DNA of 64,000 nucleotides from Takakia lepidozioides (Eukaryota; Plantae; Bryophyta). This document shows, one piece after another, positions 1 through 11,199 of the stretch (its first letter is position 1; every line of letters starts with the position of its first letter). A program made the translations under genes and the position numbers. The stretch spans positions 9,424,001 to 9,488,000 of the forward strand of contig CM060731.1 in NCBI GenBank assembly GCA_030704615.1, written 5' to 3'. The notes under the pieces were generated by a model. That model worked only from the letters and a program-made list of their open reading frames with translations, ran no database searches and was not told where the DNA came from.

Positions 1-1352
1 GTCTCCTATGTCGAGGCCCATCTAAGCCCATGAAGTGCAATCTTCTATTCATGTATCCAAATGCATCTCCCATGTAGAGGCCCAAGTGTCTAGTGGATCA
101 TCTTAACGCAAGCTTCTAGGGTGGCCTGTGACGTTGGCCCAAATGTCCAATGTCATCTAGGTCATCTAAGTCTAATCATTTTTTTCCATAGAGCCTACGA
201 CCAGATTTGAGCCGGAGACCTTTCCCTTCATATCTCTCCCGTCGAGGCTCCAACCATAGTCCCGGGAATGCCCACTTTGCCATTTTTGCTATTTTTTTGT
301 GAATTTCCAGCGACCAAAAATACTTGGAATTCCGTATCTCCCACACTGCATGTCCAAAAATCATGAGACCAAGCCCGTGCACCCCTCCTCGTCGAGGGCT
401 TTCCAACGGTACCAAGCACGAGGGCTAGGGCCTCGCGGTTTGGGACATCTCAACGTGACAAAACAAAACAAAACAAAACAAACGTCTCGCTTCATAGATT
501 GATGCCAATGGGGTGCTTTATAAGCGGCATGAGCTACCGGCCTTTCTTCCGCTTGAGCGGAGGTCTCTGCGGCCCTAACAGCTGCTACATGGGGTACTTG
601 ATAAGCGGCGTGAGCATGTAGCCTTTCTTCCCTCTCATCCGCAGCTCTTGCTCTAGCAGCACGTTGTCGTGCTCGTGTACGTTCTGTACGTAAACTAATA
701 CTGCCACGACGTCTAGGAGACATGCTTCTTTGTAGATGAAGGAGAAAACTATTGGATGAATATGAAAGAAAATAATGACACCCATCCTCATTTGTGAGGG
801 GTTTACATATTTTTAGCTTGTTGGTACCTTTTCGAACAAACCTTTTGAGATGTGAACGAAGCAACTACAAATCAAAAGAAACAAACAAACAACCTTGCTT
901 CATATATCAATAATAGACTAAATTCATGGAAAAATAAATAAATTGGTTTTTTCAATACATAAAGCAAGGTAGTTTGTTTGTTTGTTTTGGTTTCCATGAC
1001 TTTAATGAGTAGTAACATATCCAATCATTGTTCGAGGAAAGCCCATTTTGCTATTTTTTTCCAAATTTCCAATGACCAAAATTATATTCGATCAATATGA
1101 AGCAAGGTAGTTTGTTTGTTTATTTTGTTTTGTTTTGTTTTGGTTTCCATGCTTCATATACTGAAAAGACCAATCTACTTCTTTCCATGAATTTAGTGAA
1201 TAGTAGTAAAAATAGTAATATATCCAATCATTGTCCCAAGAAAGCCCACTTTGCTATTTTTCACGAATTTCTAGCGACCCAAAGTACTTGAAATTCCATA
1301 TCTCCCACACCGCGGGTCCAAAAATCATGAGACCAAGCCGGTGCATCCCTCC
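1..1352 (-). mobile_element. Cluster of non-autonomous Helitron-like ends and fragments
   Basis: 5'-end-like motif TCAATMTATGAAGC..TTTGTTTTG on minus at ~503 and ~910, and on plus at ~952 and ~1092. 3'-end-like GGGCCAACG..CCCTAG on minus at ~116-140. The minus ORF piece at 505-722 (MSPRRRG..RAAETSAQAEER) resembles Helitron Rep N-terminal R/A/E repeats. Same family as 17840-19352. Confidence 0.6.
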
Positions 1353-1604
1353 GGGGAGTGCTATTCTGTGAGCCCAGAGGCGTGAGCCTGTGAGCCCAGG
1401 AAACCATGAGCCCAGCACAGGCTCACGCCACGTCAGCATGCATACAGGGCCTATTTCTACAGGTGTCACCTATTACCGCGGGTTGATCAGCCATTTCCAG
1501 GGAATGCAGACTGGATGTGTTACATCCATTGTATCCATCCTTTCTCTCCATTGCATCTATGTAGACGTTATCAACATACCAAGCCCCTGCATTGGAATGT
1601 GCCT

Positions 1605-1885
1605 ACGTCGTGAGTAGGTGCACACTCACATCATCCAAAGCGGATCCCTGCGAAATCTTTTCTTACTCACCACCCTTGCGAACATGCCAGGTATGTGCGG
1701 GAGCATCATGGATGCTCACCAGAATTGAGAATGCCTGAACGCTCTTTGATCACGTGGACTTTATCATGACGGATTTACCAAGCATTCTTCTAGCATGAAT
1801 GGTTTGGAGACCAACGAGCAAATGATGCGAGAATGCTCTACCCGAACCAAAGATGTTTGTTTGTTTTTGCAATGCACACAAGCCT
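1605..1885 (+). pseudogene. Degenerate PPR (PLS) gene fragment
   Basis: DNA is collinear with 63212-63500 (gtgcacactcaca..atccaaag; gcgggagcatcatggatgctcacca; tctttgatcacgtgga) and carries frameshifts. Confidence 0.7.
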
Positions 1886-2070
1886 GTGAGCTCCGTAAAA
1901 CACTAAATAGATTAAGGAACAATCCGGGCAGTCCATGCAACCCCCATCTCCAAAGATAGTTTGTTCCCATGAATTTGCATCCCACGCACACATTGCAAAC
2001 AGGACAACAAGGACACACAACCATCCCATTTCAAAATTGGCCCCGAATGAAAGCAAAAGAAAACTTCATA

Positions 2071-5000
2071 TCAAGTGTCACAGTCATCAGAATCAGTATT
2101 GACCTCCTGTGCTATGTCGGAGTCCAGCTCCTTGTCGGAAGTCTCCCCTGTATCAATATCACCGGGAAGGGGCTTCGGAATGACTTGAGAAGTGTGTCCA
2201 CCCAAACCCATCAAGAGGTTTTTGAAAATCTCAGCATCCCCTTCAATCCCAAAGAGATGTCGCGCACTGGCCTTACAAGCGTGATACGAAGCACCTGCAG
2301 TGGAATTGAAAGAAGGAAACAAACATTGAAGACACATTTGGAACGGTGGGAAGTGCTGAAAGTGCAAGCTCAAACAAACCTCATGAAATGTGAATGTTGA
2401 AGAGACGAACCTGTGCCCATTGACAAATCCAGAACTATGGCGTCTCTGTAGGTGCAACACTCCACAATCGTTTGAATGAAAGTCGGGCTCCTCTCCTTGG
2501 CCCCTCTCCAAGGAACCCCATTCCCCCTTCGCAAGCATACGTTGTTGTCCACGTAGTTGTGGTGCATGTCATCCGTGGGAGGATCTGTCCTCTCGTCTAT
2601 GAACTTGCCCCCATGAGTGATGACAAACTCCCTAATGACGGCTGGAGTCGTAGGTGGATGCACTCGGACGAGACAAATAACTTCAAACAAATGAGTCCGC
2701 GAACATGACATCCACAAGGAACTAAGAAGCTTGAAAACCAGGCCCCTACATATTCATTTGAGCGACTTATGCAACTCCACCCGAGAACCACCAAGAAGAG
2801 GAATAAGAAAGCAGATTTACCATCTCTCCCGGACGATCCCCCTTCGTCAGGTACATGCTGTTCACACAATTCCATGTCTTCAGGACCCTCATACCGGAGG
2901 CTTTCAAATAGCTGGCAAGTGCACGGCGAGAGCGAAGGTCGATGGGCTGGATGAGCACCAAAACACTTGCATCGGACAGAAAGAAATTGCAAAAAGAGAA
3001 AACCCACCGCCAGTAGCGCTTATCAAAAGCATTCCAGCCTGGACAAGCACCCGATGGAGGGACATCTGGGACTGGCAACCCATCAGGGATGTCCAAGATG
3101 ATGAGTTTGGATGCATATGGCTTCTCCTTCCCGTTCACCCAGGATTTGGTCATTTTAGCCTGCAAACAAGCATGCAATGGAATGCTCAAGAGGATTGAAA
3201 CGATCCATGCCCACAACGGACAGGAAGCAAAAGACATCACGCACCGTGCCGAAGAACTCCACAATCCTCTCCCACACTGGTGATGGCTCGCCTTGTAATC
3301 AGATTTCTTGGACTCCATCATTGCTAGGAACCTGGCGTTGGCCATCTCCAACCTGGTAGGGCAAATGACCCTCGTGGGATGCTCCACTGCATGGTACGGG
3401 TCCTTGGGATCAACCACCCCCTTGTTCTTTCTCCCGGATCCCCTACCATGCGGTGGAGTCTGCAGGACATCCACCACAGGGCCAGTATTTGGAACACTTC
3501 TCTGCCCACCTACCTGCCCTTGTGCCCCCTTCCCCCTACCCCTTCCTTTCCCCACACCACCAGCAACATCCTTTCCCTTTGCCTTTCTACCTCTACCCGG
3601 GGTATCCTGAACGGGAGGCTCCTTCTCTGTAAGAGTCTTCAAATTTCTATCATGAATGTCGAGGTCGGCTGCTGCGGTGGTGGCTGTTATACGCTCATTC
3701 TCTCTCCTCAAAGACACCTCCTGAGCTGGGGTTCTCAGAAGCAGGACAATCCAAATACCAACCACAAGCTGAAAGATGGTCTGGGCCCCAGTCATGCAAG
3801 ATCTCCGTAGTAAACATGGTCTGGTTGCCAGCAGGGACAAGCCAAATGTCCACGAAATCAGGATGTTTGTCCAAGCAGTTCTCTACCATGAGAACATACT
3901 TTATGTACCTACAGGAACATAGACAGCCTCATTATGCAATGCAATTATTGTCTCCCAGCTTTTCCACCACATCACGAAGACCCCCTAAAAGAGTATGCGG
4001 CACAGTACACTGCAACCACCACACACAAAATAACCTGAAGGACCCAGGGTGTGCAAGTTGGTGTTACTACACACGGATAAAACAAATGAGTGTGCGGCAC
4101 CACAAACTCATATGAGCCAGCCCAAAACAGGTTGGATGGAGGATTTGCAAAACAAAGAAGCACAGTCCATTTCGCACCTGTAAAGGCGTCGTTTCCAGGC
4201 TTCCTCTCCTTTCTCCTGCTGATCAAGCTCATTTGTTTGACTGATGCCACCCTCCTTGCTGAACTCTCTGAAGAAACAAGATTGCCACATTGTGGCTCTC
4301 CATTTCCTCATGTATGCTTGGAAGGAGACCTTCGGTGCTGTCATGGTGATCCCATAGTCAGCCAGCTGCGTATGTAGAACCGACCGGGCCCTTTCCTCCA
4401 ACTGCAAAACAATTTGAATGCAAGAATGAACCCAAAAACAATCACAGCCAATGTAACATGGAAAGAGAATGACAGAAAAAACGAAAAGAAAGTGACACAG
4501 TAAATGACATCATACCTGGCTCCAGTAAGCGGCCTTGTGAAGCCATGTGTCTAGCACATTGTCACTGACAGGAATGACACGTTGGGTCTTCTTCTCTTTC
4601 TCCAGCCTGGGGAACATGTGGGTATCCCTAACAGTGGGATCAGAGTTCCATATCTGTAGCCACTTCACCTTCTGTTCTGAAGACACAACGACAGTAGACA
4701 ACCTGTGTAACTTCTCCTGGGCCATCTCCAGCTTGCCTGACTTGTTGTAATGGTTTTTCACCTCTTGAAGAAACTGCGGTCCGAATGATGGGTCGGCAAT
4801 TCTCAACTGCTTAACAAAAGCACTCATAATAGTCCTTCTTGTGGCCGTCATCTCTTTCTGGATGTGACTCTCAACCCCCTTTGCTGTCCTTCTCTCCTCA
4901 GGGGTAGAGCTGTAGTATTCCAGTTTGCCACGCTCTCCTGCATCCGCAATGTCTTGCTGCAAGGGAATGCACGAGAGTTGCATCAACCCAAGGGCAAGGG

Positions 5001-8000
5001 AAACAAACAAAAACAAACATGTGGAAGCAGGAATATCGAAAGGCCAGATGATGGAAGATGTATCTCACCGCGTACATATACTCCATGAAAGCCTCACGGG
5101 TCAACGAGTACCACGTTTCTGATGTCTTCGAGCTTTCGCACTTCTTGTACGTCTCTACTGAAAGGATGGTCTTGAAGTTGCTCAAGGGCATCTGCCCGAT
5201 CCTTTGTATCCTGTACAGTGTGTGAACCAGACTCGTTTTGACATGCGATGTCTCCGTCCCTCTGCAGAATGATGTGTGAAAATGAGAATAAAATTCAAGA
5301 ACCGTCAACAGAGGACTCGAACAAAAGAACCACGGAACCACAACTAGAACATGTAGAATGAGAAACCAACCTATTCACATCATTCATTGCCGTCAAAAGA
5401 CCCATCATGTTCCCGTCACAATCCAACACCATCGATCGAACAGAGTAATGCCATTCTTCCTCCTGTGAGTGCAGCCTCCCAATGACAGCCATCCATGCAA
5501 GCAACCGGTGGTGGCCATCCCATACGTGAAACATTTTCCCTGAGAATGCCTCGGTCGAAGGTTTCCTGGAGAGAAGTAGTTCCAGGATTCGTTCACCTGT
5601 CTCTAAATGGGATCCCAAGAGTCCATGATTGACTCATCCACAAGGAGCTCATTGCCTCTGGAATCCCTAGTAGAAACGTAAAAGACTGCGGATCCATCCA
5701 AATACCCATGAACAAACTCGGCCTCCAGCTTCAGGATGTCCTTGATGAGGGGTGGACGAATGACGGGCATGGAAACCAACCTACATAGGGGAATCTTCAA
5801 CCTCCCACCCGGGGCAAGCATACTTTGCACCACAAGCTGAGAGTTTACCTTCACACCCCCCAGCATCTCGGCGGCTTTGCTTTCATAGAACTCATCGTCC
5901 ACATCAACAATGATCTTCTACCCCTGCCCCGAAGGGTTCTCATCCGCCACCCTTTGCATCTTCTCCTGCAGGGTTGTTCATTCAAATTGATATAAGAGAG
6001 AGTCAAGAAAAGATGGTGTTTTGAGCATGGCAGACAGGCACTGTGTGGCCCAATCTCTCATCAGAAAACAAGTAGTGTGGGGGCCGAGTGTGCGTTGCTG
6101 CACACTGTTTCAGCTTCCAAATAGGGGTGTTTTGAACATGACATTTGGCCATATGTGGCACATTACCACACAAAAAGAAAGGCAGAGAGGGGCCCAAGAA
6201 GGGGGCACAAACAGTGTGCGTTGCCGCACACTGTTCATGCTTCCAACTATGGGTGTATTGAGCATGCATACTAGCCCTGTTTGTCCCAATTTCACATCAA
6301 AAAACAAGCAGAGAGGGGGCTCAAAACAGTGTGCGTTGCCGCACAATGTTTGAGCTTCCAATTCGGGGTGGATTCAACCTGCCAGAGTGGCCATAGGGGC
6401 CCCATATTCACATCAAAAAGCAAGCATAGACGGGGCTCAAAACAATATGCGTTGTCGCACACTGTTTGAGCTTCCAATAAGGGTTGGATTCAACCTGCCA
6501 GAGTGGCCCTACGTGGCCTATTTTCACAACAAAAATGAATCACAAAGGGGGGCTCAAACAGTGTGCGTTGGCGCACACTGTTTGAGCTTCCAATAAGGGG
6601 TGGTTTCAACCTGCCAGAGTGGCCCTATGTGGCCGATTTTCACATCAAAAAACAAGCTAAAAACGTGGCTCAAACAGTGTGCGTTGCCGCACACTGTTTG
6701 AGCTTCCAATAAGGGGTGGATTCAACCTGCCAGAGTAGCCTTAGGGGTCCGATTTTCACATCAAAAAACAAGCATAGACGGGGCTCAAAATAGTGTGTGT
6801 TGCCGCACACTGTTTGAGCTTCCAATAAGGGGTGGATTCAACCTGCCAGAGTAGCCTTAGGGGCCCGATTTTCACATCAAAAAACCAGCATAGATGGGGC
6901 TCAAAACAGTGTGCGTTGCCGCACACTATTGAGCTTCCAATAAGGGTTGGATTCAACCTGCCAGAGAGGCCCTATGTGGCCTATTTTCACAACAAAAATG
7001 AATCACACAAAGGGGGGCTCAAACAGTGTGCATTGGCGCACACTGTTTGAGCTTCCAATAAGCGGTGGATTCAACCTGCCAGAGTGGCCCTATGTGCCCG
7101 ATTTTCACATCAAAAAACAAGCTAAAAACGTGGCTCAAACAGTGTGCGTTGCCACACACTATTTGAGCTTCCAATAAGGGTTGGATTCAACCTACCAGAG
7201 TGGCCCTATGTGGCCTATTTTCACAACAAAAATGAATCACAAAGGGGGGCTCAAACAGTGTGCGTTGGCGCACATTGTTTGAGCTTCCAATAAGGGGTGG
7301 ATTCAACCTGCCAGAGTGACCCTATGTGCCCGATTTTCACATTAAGAAACAAGCTAAAAATGTGGCTCAAACAGTGTGCGTTGCCGCACACTGTTTGAGC
7401 TTCCAATAAGGGGTGGATTCAACCTGCCAGAGTAGCCTTAGGGGCCCGATTTTCACATCAAAAAATAAGCATAGACGGGGCTCAAAACAGTGTGCGTTGC
7501 CGCACACTGTTTCAGCTTCCAATTCGGGGTGGATTCAACCTGCCAGAGTGGCTATATGGGCCGGATTTTCACATAAAAAACAAAGCAGAGACGGGGCTCA
7601 AAACAGTTTGCGTTGCCGCACACTGTTTGAGCTTCCAGTTCGGGGTGGATTCAACCTTTCAGAGGGCCCGATTTCAACCTGCCAGAGTGGCCATATGGGC
7701 CCAATTTCATATCAAAAAACAAGTAGAGAGGGGGCTCATAATAGTGTGCGTTGCCGCACACTGTTTGAGCTTCCAAATCGTGGTGGATTCAACCTGCGAG
7801 AGTGACCCTATGTGCCCAAATTTCACATCAAAAAACAAGCAAAAGAAAGGGCTCAAACAAAGTTGGGGCTCAAGCAGTGTTCGTTGCCGCACACTGTTTG
7901 ATCTTCCAGATAGGGGTGGATTGAACCAGACAGAGATGCTGTATGTGGGCGATTTTCATATCAAAAGAGAAGCACAAATGGGGTCTCAAATTGTGTGCGT

Positions 8001-8565
8001 TGCCACACACTATTTGAGATTCCAATCAGTGGTGGATTGAACCAGACAAACAGGCCCAACTTGACCGATTTTCACATAAAAAATGAAGCACAAAGACAGG
8101 GTCTCAAACAGTGTACGTTGCCGCACTCTGTTTGAGCTTCCAAATAGGTGTGGACATCACCTGTACCTTTTTTTTAGCTTCTCCAGAAGACTCCCCAATC
8201 GCCGGAGACCCTTTGCGCTTCGGACTGCTCTCTACGCCGAGCATGTTCTAGAGCATCTCCCCCATCCTCTTTTCCACTATCTGCTTCTTCGTGAGTCCAG
8301 CATCAACATCATCTTTGACGTCCGACTCTCCCTCGGGTGCAGTCTCCTCCTCACCTGTTCTCGGAAGTATGGCGGGCTGATGTTCTTCTCCAGAATCCGG
8401 CTCTTCCATCGCCAAACTTTCCTCTTTGCCCTCTTCTTCCTCTTTTTCCTCTTCGTCTACTCTTTCCATCCTCATTCTACGTCTTGCTCTATTCTTGTCC
8501 CTAGTGCTTGTAAAGTATAACGACTTCATTCTCTTCCTCCTCCGGTGGAAACAAGGGCTCCCCAC
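2071..8565 (-). pseudogene. Multi-exon ParB/Srx-like domain + beta-class N4C/N6A DNA methyltransferase-like fusion gene (disrupted copy)
   Basis: Approximate exons: 8565-8167, 5965-5371, 5261-5069, 4956-4516, 4401-4178, 3908-2821 (frameshifted, possible internal intron), ~2696-2411, 2294-2071. Most junctions are phase-compatible GT-AG; the acceptor at ~2696 looks mutated. ParB-like motif FHVWDGHHRLLAW; motif IV-like IILDIPDG; motifs X-I-II AKERSPTFIQ..VLDLSMGTG|ASYHACKASARHLFGIEGD. In-frame TAG stops at ~5918 and ~5603. Confidence 0.75.
6080..8150. repeat. Tandem array of 18 x ~116-bp units, each with a long palindrome, inside an intron of the ParB-MTase gene
   Basis: GCTCAAA(A)CAGTGTGCG-TTGC-CGCACACTGTTTGAGC recurs at ~6087, 6209, 6325, 6440, 6556, 6672, 6788, 6904, 7021, 7137, 7253, 7369, 7485, 7601, 7738, 7873, 7988 and 8105. 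Confidence 0.95.
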
Positions 8566-8920
8566 GCTGCCTCTAAAGCTCTCCAGTTTGACGTTTGCAA
8601 TAAAGGTTTCTTTGGCATGTAACCAAAATAAAAATTGGACATTGTTAACCGTATTTGGATGCGGGTGTCATCGTTGTGTGCGAACGGAATTCATCCATTT
8701 CTGCGTCTTTGTATTATCCAAAAAAAAAGTGGTGTCACTTCTAATGCCGTTGCATGTACTTGTGATATATGTCAGATGTACTTCACCAGCTGCCAATACA
8801 TGGCAGCCTTCTTGCATTCTTTCAAATTCCGAAGTGCCGTAAAAATCTATTGCTAGTTCAATTTCGAGCAGTACTTGCAGATTCGCAATAATTGTGATGT
8901 TTCACATATGCATCCACGTA

Positions 8921-9262
8921 CACTACAACAGATTGTGGCTTTTATGACTCCCATGGGTGCGCAATCATGACAGATTTGTGGCAGAAATGCCATTTGCAGT
9001 CGTAAAATGCTTTTGAAGTCATAATGCAGGTCTAGGGAAGGCGTATATGTGACTGTATGGCTCCGGACTCTGCGCAACACATGTCAAACATGTTTGACCA
9101 CGAATATTGGCATGGCAAATATGACTACCAGTCACGGTCATGGCTACACTGGAATGACGTGTACATATTGCTAGACAGACATATGACTTCATGACTCTCA
9201 CTCTAATGCATTATGCCAGATCATCACATGGATGAATCACTACATGACTGCACGTGTCGACA
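8921..9262 (-). repeat. TIR-like inverted repeat block upstream of the ParB-MTase gene
   Basis: 8921-8949 matches the reverse complement of 13388-13416 at 27/29, and 9108-9126 matches the reverse complement of 13290-13308 at 18/19; the blocks are collinear. Confidence 0.6.
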
Positions 9263-9799
9263 CATGTTTTTCTGGTTATATATATAATATATGAGTATTT
9301 ATATTTTGAAAAAACGGAGACTCTGACCACTAGAATGAATTAAAAAAATAATAAAAGAAAAATAAAGTGCAAAAAGATTTAAAAAAAAACACATCGTCTG
9401 GTAAGTGGCACAGTGTGTCGCCTTGGTGGTTTGGGGTTCAAACCCGCTGCCCTTATCCCGTGTGTGGGATTGTTCGTGACGGGTTGTCTGGGCGTTGATC
9501 GTCATGTAGGTCTTATGGCCCATAAATGAAGGCGGGTGAATTTTCCCCCCTCCTCAAGGGCCTGTGGTTTCCTTTAAGAAAAGAAGAAAAAGGAAAAAAA
9601 TCAAAAAAGGGCTTTTAGGGTTTACAAAAAGGTTAAAAAACTTAAAAAGTTGCCCATCACGGTAGCGTGAACAAACTTAGAGCAAGCGGGAGGGAGAGAG
9701 AGAGAGGGCTGGGACTTAGAGCGAGCGAGCGAGCGGGAGTGAGGGCAAACATGCATGGGAGGCCCGCAGTTGGAGCAACCTTCGCATCTGAAGCAATCA

Positions 9800-10786
9800 A
9801 CCCTAGAAACGCTAGGGTATGTGTGGGAGAAAGTGCTTTCACCAAAGCATCCTTCTACGAGTGGATGGAGGATGCGGCTGGCCAACGTTATGGAAAAGTG
9901 TTCCATGGGTCAATGACAGCGCTTTCTCTCACATCGATGCAGGATATTCTGAACACATACAGTTGGTTCAAGGGACTTGGAAGCATTGTAGACGTTGGAG
10001 GAGGTGTGGGAGCGTGGATGGAAATGTTGGTGAAAAAGTATCCGAGCATTCAAGCCATCAGCTTTGACCAACCCCATGTTGTGGAGCTGGCTCCTCACTT
10101 ACCTGGTATCTCCATCGCCTACGCGTATTCCCTTGGTTTTTCAAGTTCACTGATTTGAAGATGTGAAATGTGCTCAATTTGTTGTCTTCCTCCTCGGAGG
10201 GTTCTTAGTTCTATTGACTAAATCTCTTCCTTTCCCTTGCGAGGCAAAAAATAAAATAAAAATGTGCTCAATCAGTAAATGTTGCGGTAAGGATCCCTAG
10301 GATTCAGCGACCACCAGTTGTGCTTTGCAACATGAGTAGGAAGACTGCGGACCTCTTTGGTGTCCAACAATTCTGTACCATGTTCTTTAGTCAGGCTGGG
10401 CCTTCTTCTGGTGTTGCAGTTAGGGGGTGTTCGAACTTCGAACAAATGACAATCCATGACGCAACGTGTATACATATAGTCGTAAGTGGAATCAGATGTA
10501 CCGGTTCTGTTAAATCGACACTGAGAAGGTTACTTGCGAAAAGAACTTCGGGTATTCAGAGCAGGATTACCATTGGAATAGTTATGAAGAGGCGGAGAGA
10601 GAAGCTGAGCTTGGACCACAATCATAACTTGATTCTACGAGTGTGACCAAAAAGCTCCTCATATTGTTCAATTTACGTAGGGCATTCTGGGGTAACCATG
10701 GGTGCGTTGTAATGGGTGCAGGAGTGAAGCTAGTCGGTGGAGACATGTTCGAGAGCGTGCCCTCTGCAGATTCTACCTTCCTGAAG
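9800..10786 (+). pseudogene. Class II (COMT-like) O-methyltransferase fragment
   Basis: Exon ending 10105 (IVDVGGGVG..ISFDQPHVV..LP) splices in phase to 10722-10786 (GVKLVGGDMFESVPSADSTFLK). No N-terminal dimerisation exon or downstream WILHDW exon found. Confidence 0.8.
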
Positions 10787-11199
10787 GTTCATTTTGCCCT
10801 TTACTCTTGGGAGTTTTTATAACTAGTGCATCGAATCCATCATAATCGTTCCCGAAGTAAGAGTAGAGTACTTATCTACATTCCAAGATCTCTGGAATCA
10901 TTCCAGCTTCAACTGTACTGCTGCCATGCACATCTTTTTGCTTGTATAAGTCGTCATACATTTGTGTTGACCTCCCAAGCTTAGCTGCTGCAGGCAACCT
11001 CTAAACCTCTAACTTGAGATCCTTTCCCAGCTTGTAACGTACATGATATTAAGTCAAATAGAAGTCAACTGGAATTTGCGAGCTCTTGAAGCAAGTGATG
11101 TGACAGGGCTTAGGTTTCGGCTGGGAGCTCGCTCTTCTTGGGAGAGTCAGCTTTGTCTTAGCAGGCCGTGTTTCAATCTCTACCCGCTCGGCTCTGATT

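Noticed and set aside
6003-8040. Many ORFs in the array and antisense to real genes
   Set aside because: They are by-products of the tandem repeat or shadow frames of coding exons.
6080-8150. CRISPR array (palindromic repeat with regular spacing)
   Set aside because: The linkers are homologous to each other rather than unique spacers, there are no cas genes, and the context is a eukaryotic intron.
2071-8565. Bacterial or phage contamination explaining the ParB-MTase
   Set aside because: The gene has multiple phase-compatible spliceosomal introns and is embedded among plant repeats.
9400-9450. tRNA or tRNA-derived SINE (A-box and B-box-like motifs)
   Set aside because: Box spacing is too short, with no cloverleaf, tail or TSD.
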